A stretch of DNA of 64,000 bases from a bacterium (GTDB taxonomy: Bacteria; CG2-30-53-67). The DNA lies in contig CAKKPE010000050.1 in NCBI GenBank assembly GCA_919901565.1, positions 6,016 through 70,015 on the forward strand, given 5' to 3'. The notes under the pieces are model-generated. The model ran no database searches. It was not told where the DNA came from and saw only the letters and a program-made list of their open reading frames with translations. The translations under genes were made by a program, and so were the position numbers. Of the stretch, positions 1 through 12,726 are shown one piece after another; the first letter of the stretch is position 1; each line of letters opens with the position of its first letter.

Positions 1-877
1 TGCGGCGATTTTCCTCTCTGTGTTCAAGGTTTCCACTGGGCTGATGTTCCACTCTCTGGGGATGCTCTCGGCCGGTTTGGATTCCATGATGGACGTACTT
101 GTCTCGACCATCAATTTTCTCTCCATGAAACAATCGGTCCAGCCGGCTGACAAGGACCATCCCTATGGACATGGAAAAATTGAGAATATCGCCTCACTGC
201 TCCAGGGCCTGTTTCTTGGGATCATGGGCCTGATCCTGATCGGAGAAGGAGTCCGGGAGGTGATTTTCGTTCACAGGGTTCCTGACTTCGATGCCGGAAT
301 ACTGGTGATGATCTGCTCCAGCATTATCAGTTTCTGGGTGGGGAGGAGACTGGCAAGGGTCGGGAAGGAGACCGACTCTCCGCTCCTGCAGGCCGATTCC
401 TTTCATTTTGCCATGGATACCTACACCAATACCGGTGTGGTGATCGCCCTGGTCCTTGCTCAGTGGCAAGGCAAGATCATCTTCGATCAGATCATCGGGA
501 TTCTGATCGGGCTCTGGGTGATTTACTCGGCCTTCCGGATTTTTCGTTCGTCCACAGATGTCCTGATGGATAAATATATACCCGAGGATATTCAGAAAGA
601 TATCAACAGGATCATTCTCAGCCACTCACCGGAAATCATTGAATATCACAAGATGAGAACGAGACGCTCAGGATCCATGAAGCTGATTGATCTTCACCTC
701 GTGACCTGTAAGGATCTGAGCCTTGCCGAGGCGCACAGGATTACGGATCATATTGAAAAAGAGATCCAGGCTGCGATCAAGAACTCGGATGTGGTCATAC
801 ACATGGAGCCTTGCCTTTTAAAATGCCCTGACACCAAGGAAAAATGCAGGTTCCAGCATCACCCGGAAACCCGCTGA
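1..877 (+). CDS. Cation diffusion facilitator (FieF-like) transporter, 5' end outside the window
   Basis: Motifs DSMMD, PADKDHPYGHGKIE, ADSFHFAMD and the C-terminal dimerisation domain (HKMRTRRSG...DVVIHMEP). The frame is open back to base 2. Confidence 0.9.
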   Translation, partial: AAIFLSVFKVSTGLMFHSLGMLSAGLDSMMDVLVSTINFLSMKQSVQPADKDHPYGHGKIENIASLLQGLFLGIMGLILIGEGVREVIFVHRVPDFDAGILVMICSSIISFWVGRRLARVGKETDSPLLQADSFHFAMDTYTNTGVVIALVLAQWQGKIIFDQIIGILIGLWVIYSAFRIFRSSTDVLMDKYIPEDIQKDINRIILSHSPEIIEYHKMRTRRSGSMKLIDLHLVTCKDLSLAEAHRITDHIEKEIQAAIKNSDVVIHMEPCLLKCPDTKEKCRFQHHPETR

Positions 878-890
878 TGAGGAAACCCGC

Positions 891-1097
891 CTAATCCGCA
901 TCTACCAAAACGCCCTTGATCTTCTGCCCGTTGATAAAGGTCTTCTTTGGGCCCAGGCCTGTCATAAAATGATTATGACCGCACATCAGGCATTTATAGA
1001 AAAAATCGTCGCTCAGGACAGAGAAATTGTTCATGCCATTGGATTCATACGTGAGGCTGGTCTTATACATCTTTGACGAACATTTTGGGCAATTCAT
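891..1097 (-). CDS. Small zinc-ribbon protein (68 aa)
   Basis: CPKC...CLMC pair; GGAG RBS upstream; AT-rich promoter region. Confidence 0.7.
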   Translation of the reverse strand: MNCPKCSSKMYKTSLTYESNGMNNFSVLSDDFFYKCLMCGHNHFMTGLGPKKTFINGQKIKGVLVDAD

Positions 1098-1219
1098 ATA
1101 AAATCTCCATATTTTATAATGGTTTATATAGCAATATTAATATAGTTCAAATAATCATAATGGTATTATATCTATTTTTCAGAATTTGTCAAGATGCATC
1201 TTCATAAATGATCAGATCA

Positions 1220-1258
1220 CAAAAAAAGAGGGGCGTCTATTCTATAGCGCCCCTCTTC
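1220..1258 (-). terminator. Rho-independent terminator downstream of the lipoprotein gene
   Basis: GAGGGGCG/CGCCCCTC stem followed by a T-tract on the minus strand. Confidence 0.7.
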
Positions 1259-1348
1259 ATCAAACAATGATTATGAGCTTTAGGTTATTTCGGTTCAGTT
1301 ACCGGCTCCAGGCACGGCCGGCATCTTTTCTTCGATCTTTTGTTCTAA

Positions 1349-1822
1349 CTACTTTCCGGTTTCAGTGGCTTTCTCTTGCATAGCTTCGCCTGCATCTTCC
1401 ATCTTCTGACCTGCGTCTTTCAGCATCTGGCCTGCCTCTGTGTCAGGATTAGTTGCACTTGCAGGGGCCTCCTGGCTCGGCGGGGTTTCTGCCTGAGGAG
1501 CTGTTTGTTCAGCAGGTGCTGAACCTGCTTCTTCGGGATTCCCCATTTCGGCGGCTTTTTCCTCAATGGCCGATCCTGCATCCTGAACCGCCTGTCCAAC
1601 CTTCTCCATCTCGTTCTGAGCCTGATCCTCTGCGGGTTTCTCCATTTCGGCGGCTTTTTCCTCAATGGCCGATCCTGCATCCTGAACCGTCTGTCCAGCT
1701 TTCTCCATCGCGTTCTGGGCCTGTTCCTCGGCGCTTTTTTTGCATGCACTCAGCCCGAAGAGACCGATTACGAGAAGCAGACTGACCATCAAGGACAATA
1801 AGATTGTGGATTTTTTCATCAT
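1349..1822 (-). CDS. Lipoprotein with a 33-aa internal tandem repeat, Ala/Glu/Gln-rich
   Basis: Signal peptide with lipobox LSAC; two copies of AE(E/D)QAQNxMEKxGQxVQDAGSAIEEKAAEM (99-bp period); AGGAGG RBS. Confidence 0.8.
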   Translation of the reverse strand: MMKKSTILLSLMVSLLLVIGLFGLSACKKSAEEQAQNAMEKAGQTVQDAGSAIEEKAAEMEKPAEDQAQNEMEKVGQAVQDAGSAIEEKAAEMGNPEEAGSAPAEQTAPQAETPPSQEAPASATNPDTEAGQMLKDAGQKMEDAGEAMQEKATETGK

Positions 1823-1879
1823 GTGTCACCTCCTTTTATAATGGATTCCAAACAAAAATTTCTTAACCGTTTGTTACCA

Positions 1880-1895
1880 AGCAAGAAATATACCA
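1880..1895 (-). promoter_or_regulatory. Sigma-54 (-24/-12) promoter for the lipoprotein gene
   Basis: Minus strand reads TGGTATATTTCTTGCT (GG-N10-GC), about 60 bp upstream of the start. Confidence 0.6.
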
Positions 1896-2021
1896 CGTTT
1901 TTTCAAAAAGTAAAGCACAAACTAAAAATATTGGAATTGTTTTTCTGAGTTTCTCGAAGACAGGTATCTTGACATGAGATCATTAAGAAGAAAAAGTCAT
2001 ATGCGCGGACGGGGATATTTC

Positions 2022-2047
2022 CCGGCGGACACATCAGTGTCCGCCGG
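2022..2047. terminator. Strong hairpin downstream of glnA
   Basis: CCGGCGGACAC-ATCA-GTGTCCGCCGG perfect 11-bp stem; no clear U-tract. Confidence 0.5.
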
Positions 2048-2062
2048 AGAGGAATTCAGAGT

Positions 2063-3475
2063 TTATATGTCATAGTAAAGGTAGAACTCGTACGGATGCG
2101 GACGCATGCGGACGGGATCGATCTCATTCTCCTGCTTGTAAGAGATCCAGGTGTCGATCACGTCCTGAGTGAAGACATCCCCCTTGAGAAGGTATTCGTG
2201 GTCTTCTTCGAGCGCCTTCATGGCAGCGTCCAGGGAGCCTGGAACCGATGGGACCCCGGCCAATTCCTCCGGGGCAAGATCATAGATGTTCTTGTCCAGG
2301 GGGTCTCCTGGATCGACCTTGTTCTCGATTCCATCCAGTCCCGCCATGAGCATGGCCGAGAAGGCCAGGTAGGGGTTACAGGATGCATCCGGGAAGCGGA
2401 CCTCTACACGCTTGGCCTTGGGGTTGGCCGAGTACATGGGAATCCGGATGGCGGCGCTCCGGTTCCTGCAAGAATAGGCCAGGTTCACCGGAGCTTCATA
2501 CCCCGGCACGAGCCGTTTAAAAGAGTTGGTGGTGGGGTTGGTCAGGGCCACCAGGCTTGCCGCATGCTTCAGGATGCCGCCGATGTAATGGAGGGCCATA
2601 TCGCTCAGCCCGCCGTACCCGTTGCCGGAGAACAGGGGCTTGCCTTCCTTCCATATGGACTGATGGACATGCATGCCTGAACCGTTGTCGCCGAAGATCG
2701 GCTTGGGCATGAAGGTAGCGGTCATGCCGTGTTTGTAAGCGACATTCTTGACGACATACTTGAACCGCAGCAGTTGGTCCGCCATCCTGGACAGGGGGGC
2801 AAATTTCATGTCGATCTCGGCCTGTCCGGCTGTGGCCACCTCATGGTGCTGGGCCTCGATCTCAATGCCCATCTGTTCAAGCACCAGGCTCATCTCCGTC
2901 CGGATGTCCTGATATTTGTCCGTGGGAGGGACAGGGAAATACCCTTCTTTGTACCGGGGTTTGTATCCGAGGTTCGGTTTTTCGTCCCGGCCTGAATTCC
3001 AGATTCCCTCGTCGGAATCCAGGAAATAGTAACCGCAGTGCTGATTCTGGTCATATCGGACATCGTTGAAGATAAAGAACTCCGCTTCCGGGCCGAAATA
3101 GGCCGTATCCCCGATTCCCGTGGATTTAAGATAGGCCTCGGCCTTATGGGCGATATATCTCGGATCCCTGGAGTAGCGTTCCTTGGTGATCGGGTCCACA
3201 ATATTGCAGTTCATGATGAGGGTGGGGTGTTCCGTAAAGGGGTCCATGACCGCCGTCTCGGGGTCCGGCAATACCAGCATATCCGAGGCATGGATGGCCT
3301 GCCATCCCCGGATACTGGACCCATCAAATCCTAATCCCTCCTCAAATACAGAGAGTTCGAGTCTGCTGATTGGTACGGAAAAGTGCTGCCACAGTCCCGG
3401 GAAATCCATGAATCGAAGGTCCAGCATCTTTGCATTATTCTTCTTGGCATACTCTAAAACCTTTTGGGGTGTCAT
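2063..3475 (-). CDS. glnA: Glutamine synthetase type I (GSI-beta)
   Basis: [40 protein letters not shown] and the adenylylation-site motif NIYDL. Confidence 0.98.
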   Translation of the reverse strand: MTPQKVLEYAKKNNAKMLDLRFMDFPGLWQHFSVPISRLELSVFEEGLGFDGSSIRGWQAIHASDMLVLPDPETAVMDPFTEHPTLIMNCNIVDPITKERYSRDPRYIAHKAEAYLKSTGIGDTAYFGPEAEFFIFNDVRYDQNQHCGYYFLDSDEGIWNSGRDEKPNLGYKPRYKEGYFPVPPTDKYQDIRTEMSLVLEQMGIEIEAQHHEVATAGQAEIDMKFAPLSRMADQLLRFKYVVKNVAYKHGMTATFMPKPIFGDNGSGMHVHQSIWKEGKPLFSGNGYGGLSDMALHYIGGILKHAASLVALTNPTTNSFKRLVPGYEAPVNLAYSCRNRSAAIRIPMYSANPKAKRVEVRFPDASCNPYLAFSAMLMAGLDGIENKVDPGDPLDKNIYDLAPEELAGVPSVPGSLDAAMKALEEDHEYLLKGDVFTQDVIDTWISYKQENEIDPVRMRPHPYEFYLYYDI

Positions 3476-3515
3476 TGCTGATCTCCTTTCTGAGAGATAA
3501 TTGTAAAATCTAAAT

Positions 3516-3902
<387 letters not shown>

Positions 3903-4067
3903 TCAGAAAATATCACAGAACCTGTTTTTTTGTAAAGTCTTTATCACACCCTCCAATCGGGATTCTTTCATCAGAGCGCATTCCCTCTCTGCCTGGCTGC
4001 ATGAACATTGCATAATCTTCCGCAACAAGGAGACGGCTTTTAAGCACAGGATTTCTTTTTTAGTCTT

Positions 4068-4083
4068 TGCAACCTGGATGCCA
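4068..4083 (-). promoter_or_regulatory. Sigma-54 promoter of glnB-glnA
   Basis: Minus strand reads TGGCATCCAGGTTGCA, a near-consensus -24/-12 element. Confidence 0.8.
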
Positions 4084-4342
4084 ATTTCCCCTTTTTGCGT
4101 TAGAAAGTTAACCGCTTAATAAATAACAGGAAATCCCATAGGTACACCATCCTTCCAGGATGACCTCTTCAGCATCCGCTTATTTTTTAGTCACCCAGCC
4201 TGGGCCTCGGGCAACCCTGGGATTAATTTATCTTAATTATTAGACGGTTGCAAGGATGAGCAGAGTCTGCTTACGATTTATACCCGGGAACGAAAAGATG
4301 CTTAAAACTTATGCAGGGGGTCATCCAAAGATGTTCCCGCCT

Positions 4343-7300
4343 TCAGTCCTGCCTGATCAGGGTGTCCCTGACTGGTTTCGGGATCTCTTTGAAAGAAGTG
4401 CTCTTCATCCGGGCCGCTTCTTTTTTACCCCGGAACGTGTTGGAAGTAAGCCCAGTGTAATGATAATAAACCGCATAGAGGCTTTCATCCTTGCCGGTCA
4501 GCATCTTGCCGGCGATCGGAACCTTCTTGACGATATAGGTGGCCAGAGAGAAAGGCTGGGCCATGATGTAACAGTCGATGTCCGAACTGAGGAAATCATA
4601 GCTCCCTGCCGCTCTGATATTGTATTTCACCCGGATGGGGACCGCTGCAGTCAGCTTGTCCAGCGTCAATCCTGAGACATCGAACGTGTTGTAATGTTTG
4701 ATGGTGAAGTTCGTCGAGTGGAACTTTCCGTCATGGATGGTGAAGTCCCCGCCCATGGTGTCGTACTCAAGGATAAGAAAGAGTTCGTCCTTCCTTCCTG
4801 CCATGATCTCGACCCGGCTGATGATCTCCTTGATGAGATTGAACAGATAATTGCGTTCCCGTGTGGAGCGGATCAGCAGGTGGGCCCCTCCGGTCATTTC
4901 CCGGGACGTTTCTTCGAGAGACTTGTAGAAGTTGCCTCCCACCCGGATGGATCCGCTGATCTCGCCGGCATAGAAGGTGCGGTTGCCCGGGAAAAGCTGG
5001 AGGTATTTTTCGGCGCTTACTCCGGCGATCTGCGTCTCGGCCTGGAATACCGGGGTCTCCGCGGAAAGGAAGTCCACGCTTGCCTTGCCTGTTGCCGTAC
5101 CCGCCAGGCCGGATGTGGTGAAGGATGGGATCGTCAGCACCCCGTCTTTCATGATCAGCCCGGCCAGGAAGTCCTGCAGTTCATATTGTTTGTATCGGAC
5201 CTTGTCCATGGTGAGATCGGCCTTGAACCGGGGTTTCTTCCAGGCAGCCCTGTCGATCTTCTGAGAGGTGTTATCGGCTGAAAAAAACTCCTTTTCAAGA
5301 GGGGCCAGGTCCAGGTCATGGAGAGCGATCCGGAGTTCCGGTTCCGTAGAACCCATCCTCGGGATCTTGAGGTCCAGGGAAAGGGGCGTATTCCCCCATT
5401 CGCACAGGATCCCCTTGGCCGAAACCTCCTGCCCGGCAAAATGCAGGGTCCCGGCTGTATTACGGAACGTCCAGGGGCTGATGCGGGGATGGGCCGAGAC
5501 ATGATTCAGGACAAGGTCCCCTTTTACGTCCACGGGGTCTTTATCCTTGGGCCTGTAAGAAAGTGTGAGATCCCCTGACACACTGGCGTTGGGCGGAGAT
5601 CCGGAGAAAACAGGGAAAACCTGTGAGAGAGACTGCATGGAAACCGCCGCGTTCCTGATATCGAGCGTGATGGAGAGCGCCTCGCTGTCCTGGACGCTGC
5701 CTGTAAAGAGGAGGGATTCGCCGGCGAGTTTCCATTCCCCCTTCCGGATGATCATCTGCTTTCCGTTCAGGACATGGCCGGTAAAAGCAAAACGGCTGCT
5801 GGTGCCCGCGGTCTTTGACATCCAGTCCGACAGAGTAAAAGATGTCCTGGTCAGGTCCAGGCTGGTATCAATATTCATGTCTCCGGGGGTGCCGTCGAGC
5901 AGTAGGGTGAGTCCAGGGTTCTCATTGCTGATCTTCAGTATCCCGCTGAGCAGGGGAAACCATGAGCTGAGATCCTGTTCCGTGGGGTTGGCCGAGATCT
6001 TTAATCGGAGGTAGGGATCGCTGCTGGCGACCCTGGAGGCCATCCCCTCGATCAGGCTCGGGAGATTGCCGATCTTTGCCTTCAGTGAGAAGGGGAGGAC
6101 CTCGTTCTCTTTGAAGTTAAGCCTCCCCTGTATCCCGGAGATCGAGAAGGGAGACAGGGGAAAGGCGAACCCCGCTCCATCCAGGTCTACGATCCCCTGG
6201 AGTGAAACCGGCGCATTCTGGCTTTTTGAAGAGAGCAGGCGGATCTGTATGCCGGCATATCCCACGAACTGGCGGATGTGGGATAGGGGGAGGGTATTGC
6301 GCAGGGCTTCGGGTAATTGCATGCTCAGGTCCTGGATCTCCTTGAGGTTCAGGCCTGCATCGATGCCGAGGTCCGTTTCTCCGGCCATGGTCCGGGAAAA
6401 AGTTCCGGTAATCCTCTTGAAATCGGAGTTTCCGTAGCTTCCGCTCATGTCCATGAACTGTACGGACTCCTGGTCCACGGAGATTCCCCCGTTGATCGAC
6501 GTTAGAGGGAGGAGGTTTCCGCCCTGTTTAAGACCGAAATCATGAAAGGCCACCTTGATGGAGAAATGCTTTTCGTATCCTGCAAGACCTTCACCGGCGG
6601 CGCTTTTTAAAGCCGTGCCCGAGGGCGATTGACCGGATGCCGTGATCTCAAGCAAAGGGATGTCCATGCTTCCGGTTGAAACGGCATTTCGGACAGAGCG
6701 TGCTATGTCTTCAGAAAGGAGCCGGTCCGGAAGGTACCCCCGCAGTCCGTCAAAGGAGAGATTCGATGCGTGCAGGGAGATTCCGTACCAGGGTTTCCCG
6801 TTCAGGTCGCCGGTCCAGATGCCGTGCCCCCAGGCCGAGATCTCACCCAGCCGGAGGTCCAGGTGGTTGACACTGACGATCCCTTCCCCTCTGTGGAGAG
6901 AGAAACTCACGACCGCCTCTTTTCCCTTCAGGGGCTGAGTGGCATACCGGTCGGCGAGAAAGTGGAAATTTTCAAGCGAGAGTTCTCCGGACATGTCGAG
7001 CTCGTTGTCAGGGTTAAGCGTGCAATGGGCCTTAAGGCCGGTCTCTCCGGAGATCTGCTGGATGCCGAGAAACTCCAGCAGATAGGGACTGGATATCTTC
7101 GCCGGCATCCGGGATATGGCAAGGTCGGCATTGAGCTTCAAATACCGGAGGTCCCATGGCCCTGCTCCCAAATCAATCTCCCCGTTCATGGAAAAGGAAT
7201 TCAGCTCGAGGAGCCTGTGCGGGAACTGTGCTTTGACCCTTAACTGGATGGGGGCCTCCCCGGAAGTCCTTCTCAGGGAGCCGTATACTTCCTGAAGCAC

Positions 7301-7843
7301 AAGATGGGGCCTTCCGGATGGGTCCCGCTGGTCCATGATCACAAAGGATGCGTCCTTGAAGAAAATGCTTTTGATGGTTGTTTGCAGCGAAAGAGCGGAT
7401 CCGTTTTCTTTGATCTCATGTTCCGCAGGGGCGGCAGGAGAATGGCCCATGAATAGCCATTTCCCATGCTCGTCTCTCCGGACCAGGATCTCCGGGCGGT
7501 TCAGATAGATTTTGTAAGCAAGGGCCTTGCCGAGAATAAGTGGGAAAAATTTCAGTTTGACCTCCAGGGATTCAGCCCGGATCCAATCCGTACCTGTTTT
7601 CAGATCCGAGAACCGGATGTTGTGCATCCGTATGGACGGGCACGGAATGACGCTCAGGCTCACATCCTCTATGGAGGTCTGCACGGAAAGCTTCTCTTCC
7701 ATGATTCGGGCGACCCAGTTCGTGATCGTATGGGGGGGAAGTATCCGTTGAAGCGTGGCCTGAATCGAGACGATCAGGAGAATCAGGGCAAACGCCAGGA
7801 TCAGGGGTAAAAGGATCTTCTTTCTTAGGATTTTTAAGGTCAT
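4343..7843 (-). CDS. AsmA/YhdP-like large periplasmic lipid-bridge protein (1166 aa)
   Basis: N-terminal TM helix, AsmA-like N-terminus, repeated amphipathic beta strands, C-terminal KVPIAGKMLTG motif typical of AsmA_2-like ends. Confidence 0.8.
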   Translation of the reverse strand: MTLKILRKKILLPLILAFALILLIVSIQATLQRILPPHTITNWVARIMEEKLSVQTSIEDVSLSVIPCPSIRMHNIRFSDLKTGTDWIRAESLEVKLKFFPLILGKALAYKIYLNRPEILVRRDEHGKWLFMGHSPAAPAEHEIKENGSALSLQTTIKSIFFKDASFVIMDQRDPSGRPHLVLQEVYGSLRRTSGEAPIQLRVKAQFPHRLLELNSFSMNGEIDLGAGPWDLRYLKLNADLAISRMPAKISSPYLLEFLGIQQISGETGLKAHCTLNPDNELDMSGELSLENFHFLADRYATQPLKGKEAVVSFSLHRGEGIVSVNHLDLRLGEISAWGHGIWTGDLNGKPWYGISLHASNLSFDGLRGYLPDRLLSEDIARSVRNAVSTGSMDIPLLEITASGQSPSGTALKSAAGEGLAGYEKHFSIKVAFHDFGLKQGGNLLPLTSINGGISVDQESVQFMDMSGSYGNSDFKRITGTFSRTMAGETDLGIDAGLNLKEIQDLSMQLPEALRNTLPLSHIRQFVGYAGIQIRLLSSKSQNAPVSLQGIVDLDGAGFAFPLSPFSISGIQGRLNFKENEVLPFSLKAKIGNLPSLIEGMASRVASSDPYLRLKISANPTEQDLSSWFPLLSGILKISNENPGLTLLLDGTPGDMNIDTSLDLTRTSFTLSDWMSKTAGTSSRFAFTGHVLNGKQMIIRKGEWKLAGESLLFTGSVQDSEALSITLDIRNAAVSMQSLSQVFPVFSGSPPNASVSGDLTLSYRPKDKDPVDVKGDLVLNHVSAHPRISPWTFRNTAGTLHFAGQEVSAKGILCEWGNTPLSLDLKIPRMGSTEPELRIALHDLDLAPLEKEFFSADNTSQKIDRAAWKKPRFKADLTMDKVRYKQYELQDFLAGLIMKDGVLTIPSFTTSGLAGTATGKASVDFLSAETPVFQAETQIAGVSAEKYLQLFPGNRTFYAGEISGSIRVGGNFYKSLEETSREMTGGAHLLIRSTRERNYLFNLIKEIISRVEIMAGRKDELFLILEYDTMGGDFTIHDGKFHSTNFTIKHYNTFDVSGLTLDKLTAAVPIRVKYNIRAAGSYDFLSSDIDCYIMAQPFSLATYIVKKVPIAGKMLTGKDESLYAVYYHYTGLTSNTFRGKKEAARMKSTSFKEIPKPVRDTLIRQD

Positions 7844-8034
7844 AGGGAGTAGAATACACCTTCAACCGGGTCCGTGTATACGGGCTGATCGACTTTATGA
7901 CGACGGTCCTGCATGTTTCTTCACCGGGGTTACGGGATTCTTCTTATTCCGCCTGCAGGAGGTACTCTAAACAACTGCAATATGTTTGTCAATTACGGGA
8001 TTTCCTTCTTGACGGAAGAATCCTTGTATGTTAA

Positions 8035-9630
<1,596 letters not shown>

Positions 9631-9723
9631 CCATCGCTGATTGCACAGCTCCATCGAATCATTTTACAAACAGAGCGTGAATAAAGGTTCTTTCGTAAGA
9701 AAGCTGAGCGGCTATAGAAATTA

Positions 9724-9980
9724 AATATAAAGAATCAAAAATCAAAATGACAGAGTAAGGGTCAAAAATGAGTATTCAAGACGGGTTCTAAGATTTGCTC
9801 TTTTATGGCGCTATGTTATCGACGTGCGATAGAAAGGAGAGATCTGTAGAATCATTCGTAATCGGGTGCTTTGGCGTCTTACCTGTTTAGGATCTCATGT
9901 CCTGAATTTAGGCATGCTTTAAGAGGCGGCGCCATTTTTATATTTTGATTTGTCATTTTGATTTTTTATCTTTGATTCTT
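9724..9980. repeat. AT-rich element with imperfect terminal inverted repeats, possibly a decayed four-helix-bundle (IVS-like) gene cassette
   Basis: AAAAATCAAAATGACA (9737-9752) is the exact reverse complement of TGTCATTTTGATTTTT (9951-9966), within ~45-bp imperfect arms. Confidence 0.55.
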
Positions 9981-10056
9981 AAATGTGTGCAAGAAAACTT
10001 TTTGATTTCCAATTTCTGCGTGATTCAACTTAAACACGAAAGAGACTGAATAAGCC

Positions 10057-11601
10057 ATGCCGGCAAAGCAGGAAAAAATTCTTATCCTCGATTTCGGGTC
10101 CCAGTATACGCAGCTGATCGCCCGCCGTATCCGCGAGCTCAAGGTCTACTCCGAGATCCGGCCTTTTTCCGAGCCCCTGGATGGGATCCGTGCCTTCAGC
10201 CCTTCGGGCCTGATCCTCTCAGGCGGCCCCTCCAGTGTGGCAGATCCCGGGGCCCCGCTCCCTGACCCGGGGATTTTCGGCCTGGGCATCCCCATCCTCG
10301 GCATCTGCTACGGCATGCAGTTGATGACACACATGCTGGGCGGCAGGGTCGCCGCTGCTCTGCACCGTGAATACGGCGCGGCCGAACTGGAACTTCTGGC
10401 AGAGTCCGATCTTTTTTCCGGATTGGGTAAACGTCTCCGGGTATGGATGAGCCACGGCGACCGGATCGATGCGCCGCCGCAGGGTTTCTCCCCCATAGCC
10501 GGCACACCGAACTCGCCGGTGGCCGCGATGGCCGATGCCGGACGGGGTTATTATGCCCTGCAGTTCCATCCCGAAGTGGCCCACACCCCCCAGGGCATGG
10601 AGATACTCAAGAACTTCGCCTATCGGATCTGCGGGTGCGGGCCCAACTGGACCATGCATTCCTTTGTGGAACAGGCCGTATCCGATATCCGGGCCCGTGC
10701 GGGGAATGGGAAGGTGATCTGCGCCCTTTCAGGAGGGGTGGATTCCTCGGTTGCCGCCGTGCTGATCCACAGGGCCATCGGGGACCGGCTCACCTGCATC
10801 TTTGTGGACAACGGACTGCTCCGGCGGAACGAACCCGAAAAAGTGGTCAAGGCGTTCCGTGACGAGTTCCGCATCCCTCTGGTCTTTGTGGATGCCGCAG
10901 AGAGGTTCCTTAAAAAACTGGCCGGGGTCACCGATCCTGAGAAGAAGCGCAAGATCATCGGGAACGAGTTCATCCGGGTTTTTGAAGAAGAGGCGGGCAA
11001 GCTCGGCAAGGTCGATTTCCTGGCCCAGGGGACACTCTATCCGGACGTAATCGAGAGCGTCTCCTTCAAAGGTCCGTCGGCCACCATCAAGAGCCACCAC
11101 AACGTGGGCGGGCTCCCTGAACGCATGAAACTCAAGCTGATCGAACCCTTAAGGGAGCTCTTCAAGGACGAGGTCCGGCTGGCAGGCAAGGAGCTGGAGA
11201 TCCCCGATGAGATCCTCTTCCGCCAGCCTTTCCCGGGCCCGGGTCTGGCCGTGCGCGTACTCGGGGAGGTCACCCGGGATCGCCTCGATATTCTGCGCAG
11301 GGCCGATGCCATCGTGATCGAGGAGGTCAAGGCAGCAGGGCTCTACCGGCAGATCTGGCAGTCCTTTGCCGTGCTCCTTCCGATCCGGACCGTGGGGGTC
11401 ATGGGCGACGAGCGGACTTACGAGCACGTGATTGCCGTGCGGGCAGTCACGAGCCAGGACGGCATGACCGCCGACTGGGTCCAGTTACCCTATGATCTCC
11501 TGGCCCGCATCTCCAACCGGATCATCAACGAGGTCAAAGGGGTCAACCGCGTGGCCTACGACATCTCCTCCAAACCGCCGAGCACCATCGAGTGGGAATA
11601 A
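10057..11601 (+). CDS. guaA: GMP synthase (glutamine-hydrolysing)
   Basis: [42 protein letters not shown]. Confidence 0.98.
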   Translation: MPAKQEKILILDFGSQYTQLIARRIRELKVYSEIRPFSEPLDGIRAFSPSGLILSGGPSSVADPGAPLPDPGIFGLGIPILGICYGMQLMTHMLGGRVAAALHREYGAAELELLAESDLFSGLGKRLRVWMSHGDRIDAPPQGFSPIAGTPNSPVAAMADAGRGYYALQFHPEVAHTPQGMEILKNFAYRICGCGPNWTMHSFVEQAVSDIRARAGNGKVICALSGGVDSSVAAVLIHRAIGDRLTCIFVDNGLLRRNEPEKVVKAFRDEFRIPLVFVDAAERFLKKLAGVTDPEKKRKIIGNEFIRVFEEEAGKLGKVDFLAQGTLYPDVIESVSFKGPSATIKSHHNVGGLPERMKLKLIEPLRELFKDEVRLAGKELEIPDEILFRQPFPGPGLAVRVLGEVTRDRLDILRRADAIVIEEVKAAGLYRQIWQSFAVLLPIRTVGVMGDERTYEHVIAVRAVTSQDGMTADWVQLPYDLLARISNRIINEVKGVNRVAYDISSKPPSTIEWE

Positions 11602-11604
11602 AAT

Positions 11605-12132
11605 TCAGTTCTCACCCTTCTGCGACCGGGTGATCTGGATCTGGGTCCCTTTCTTTTCCTTGTTTTCGACCAGCATAATGTGTGTGGCGCTTCCCTGTTT
11701 ATCCATGGCGATACTCACCATCTTCCCGTCCGGCATGGCCATCTCGTATGTCTTCGGATCATCCCCTTTCAGCTTCTCCTTGTAAAACGCAGACACCAGG
11801 TCGATGGGGTCCTTGGAAAAAAGGACCGTAGAAGAAAAGCCCTTTCCTCCCGCCTTGTCCATTCCCGTCATGCTTACTGTCCCTCCCTGTTCCTGCGTCG
11901 CGCCGGGGTATATCGGCACACCCAAATCCGCGGGAATCGTGTCGTTCCCTATCTTCATGGTTGCCGTTCCATCTTCAGTCTTGACCGTCATCTCATGGGC
12001 GCTCCCGTCACCTTTCCTCGTGACCTCCACCTTGCCTTCGGGCGTTGAATAGACCTTGGTTTCCTCTTTCTTGCCGCAGGCCGCGGACATGATAAGGCAA
12101 AGCATCATAACGAACAGGACAATGTTTTTCAT
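11605..12132 (-). CDS. Hypothetical lipoprotein
   Basis: Signal peptide with lipobox SAAC; GVPIYPGA motif; GGAGG RBS. Confidence 0.75.
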   Translation of the reverse strand: MKNIVLFVMMLCLIMSAACGKKEETKVYSTPEGKVEVTRKGDGSAHEMTVKTEDGTATMKIGNDTIPADLGVPIYPGATQEQGGTVSMTGMDKAGGKGFSSTVLFSKDPIDLVSAFYKEKLKGDDPKTYEMAMPDGKMVSIAMDKQGSATHIMLVENKEKKGTQIQITRSQKGEN

Positions 12133-12584
12133 GGGCCCTCCTTCATCATCGCAGGATATGGATTACTAAAAAAAAGACCGGATGGTTATTTCATACTATG
12201 TCCCGGAGCCGCCTGTCAACCGAATCTTCAGGAACACGTTCGGGGAAGGGTCCGGGCGGGTTGTTCAATCAGGCTGGAAATCCGGGAGTGAAGAGATGAC
12301 CTTTGCGGATGCGTAGATGAACAAGAAGGAGCGGAAGATGCCGGCGAAATCCATTAATTCGGAAAAAAAGCAGGGCCTTTTATAAATATTTTTTTTGAAA
12401 CTATCCATTTTTTCATGGCACTCTGATGGAAAACGAGCTTTTTTATTCCGGAAAGAACCTCTCTCCGGTTCTGGTATACCGATACCATCTTTTTTAAAAT
12501 TATCAATGATTCAATGAGTTGCAGGATAATCAGCATCAACGGCTGTTTGGGCGGAAAAATATTTTAAAAAAATGCATTTTTTTT

Positions 12585-12612
12585 GTGACCTTTTGATGAA
12601 ATTTACCACTAA
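12585..12612 (+). promoter_or_regulatory. Putative ECF-type promoter, GTGACC-N17-ACTAA, upstream of PEP-CTERM gene 1
   Basis: The same motif and spacing occur upstream of the second PEP-CTERM gene (46386-46413). Confidence 0.5.
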
Positions 12613-12726
12613 TACACAGAACCGTAGAGCGGGATAGGTTCTCTATGCGCTCTATGTGTGAGATTCAATAAATTAAACCGGTTCGGGTTGCACCATACGG
12701 CCCGGCCAATCAGGGGGGGGGGCGAA

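Noticed and set aside
12416-12431. Sigma-54 promoter for PEP-CTERM gene 1 (TGGCACTCTGATGGAA)
   Set aside because: The -12 element reads GA rather than the near-invariant GC, and it is ~300 bp upstream.
12620-12720. c-di-GMP riboswitch upstream of the PEP-CTERM gene
   Set aside because: A hairpin exists (TAGAGCG/CGCTCTA), but the GEMM-type GGCAAAC/GAAA/CGCAAAGC signature is absent.
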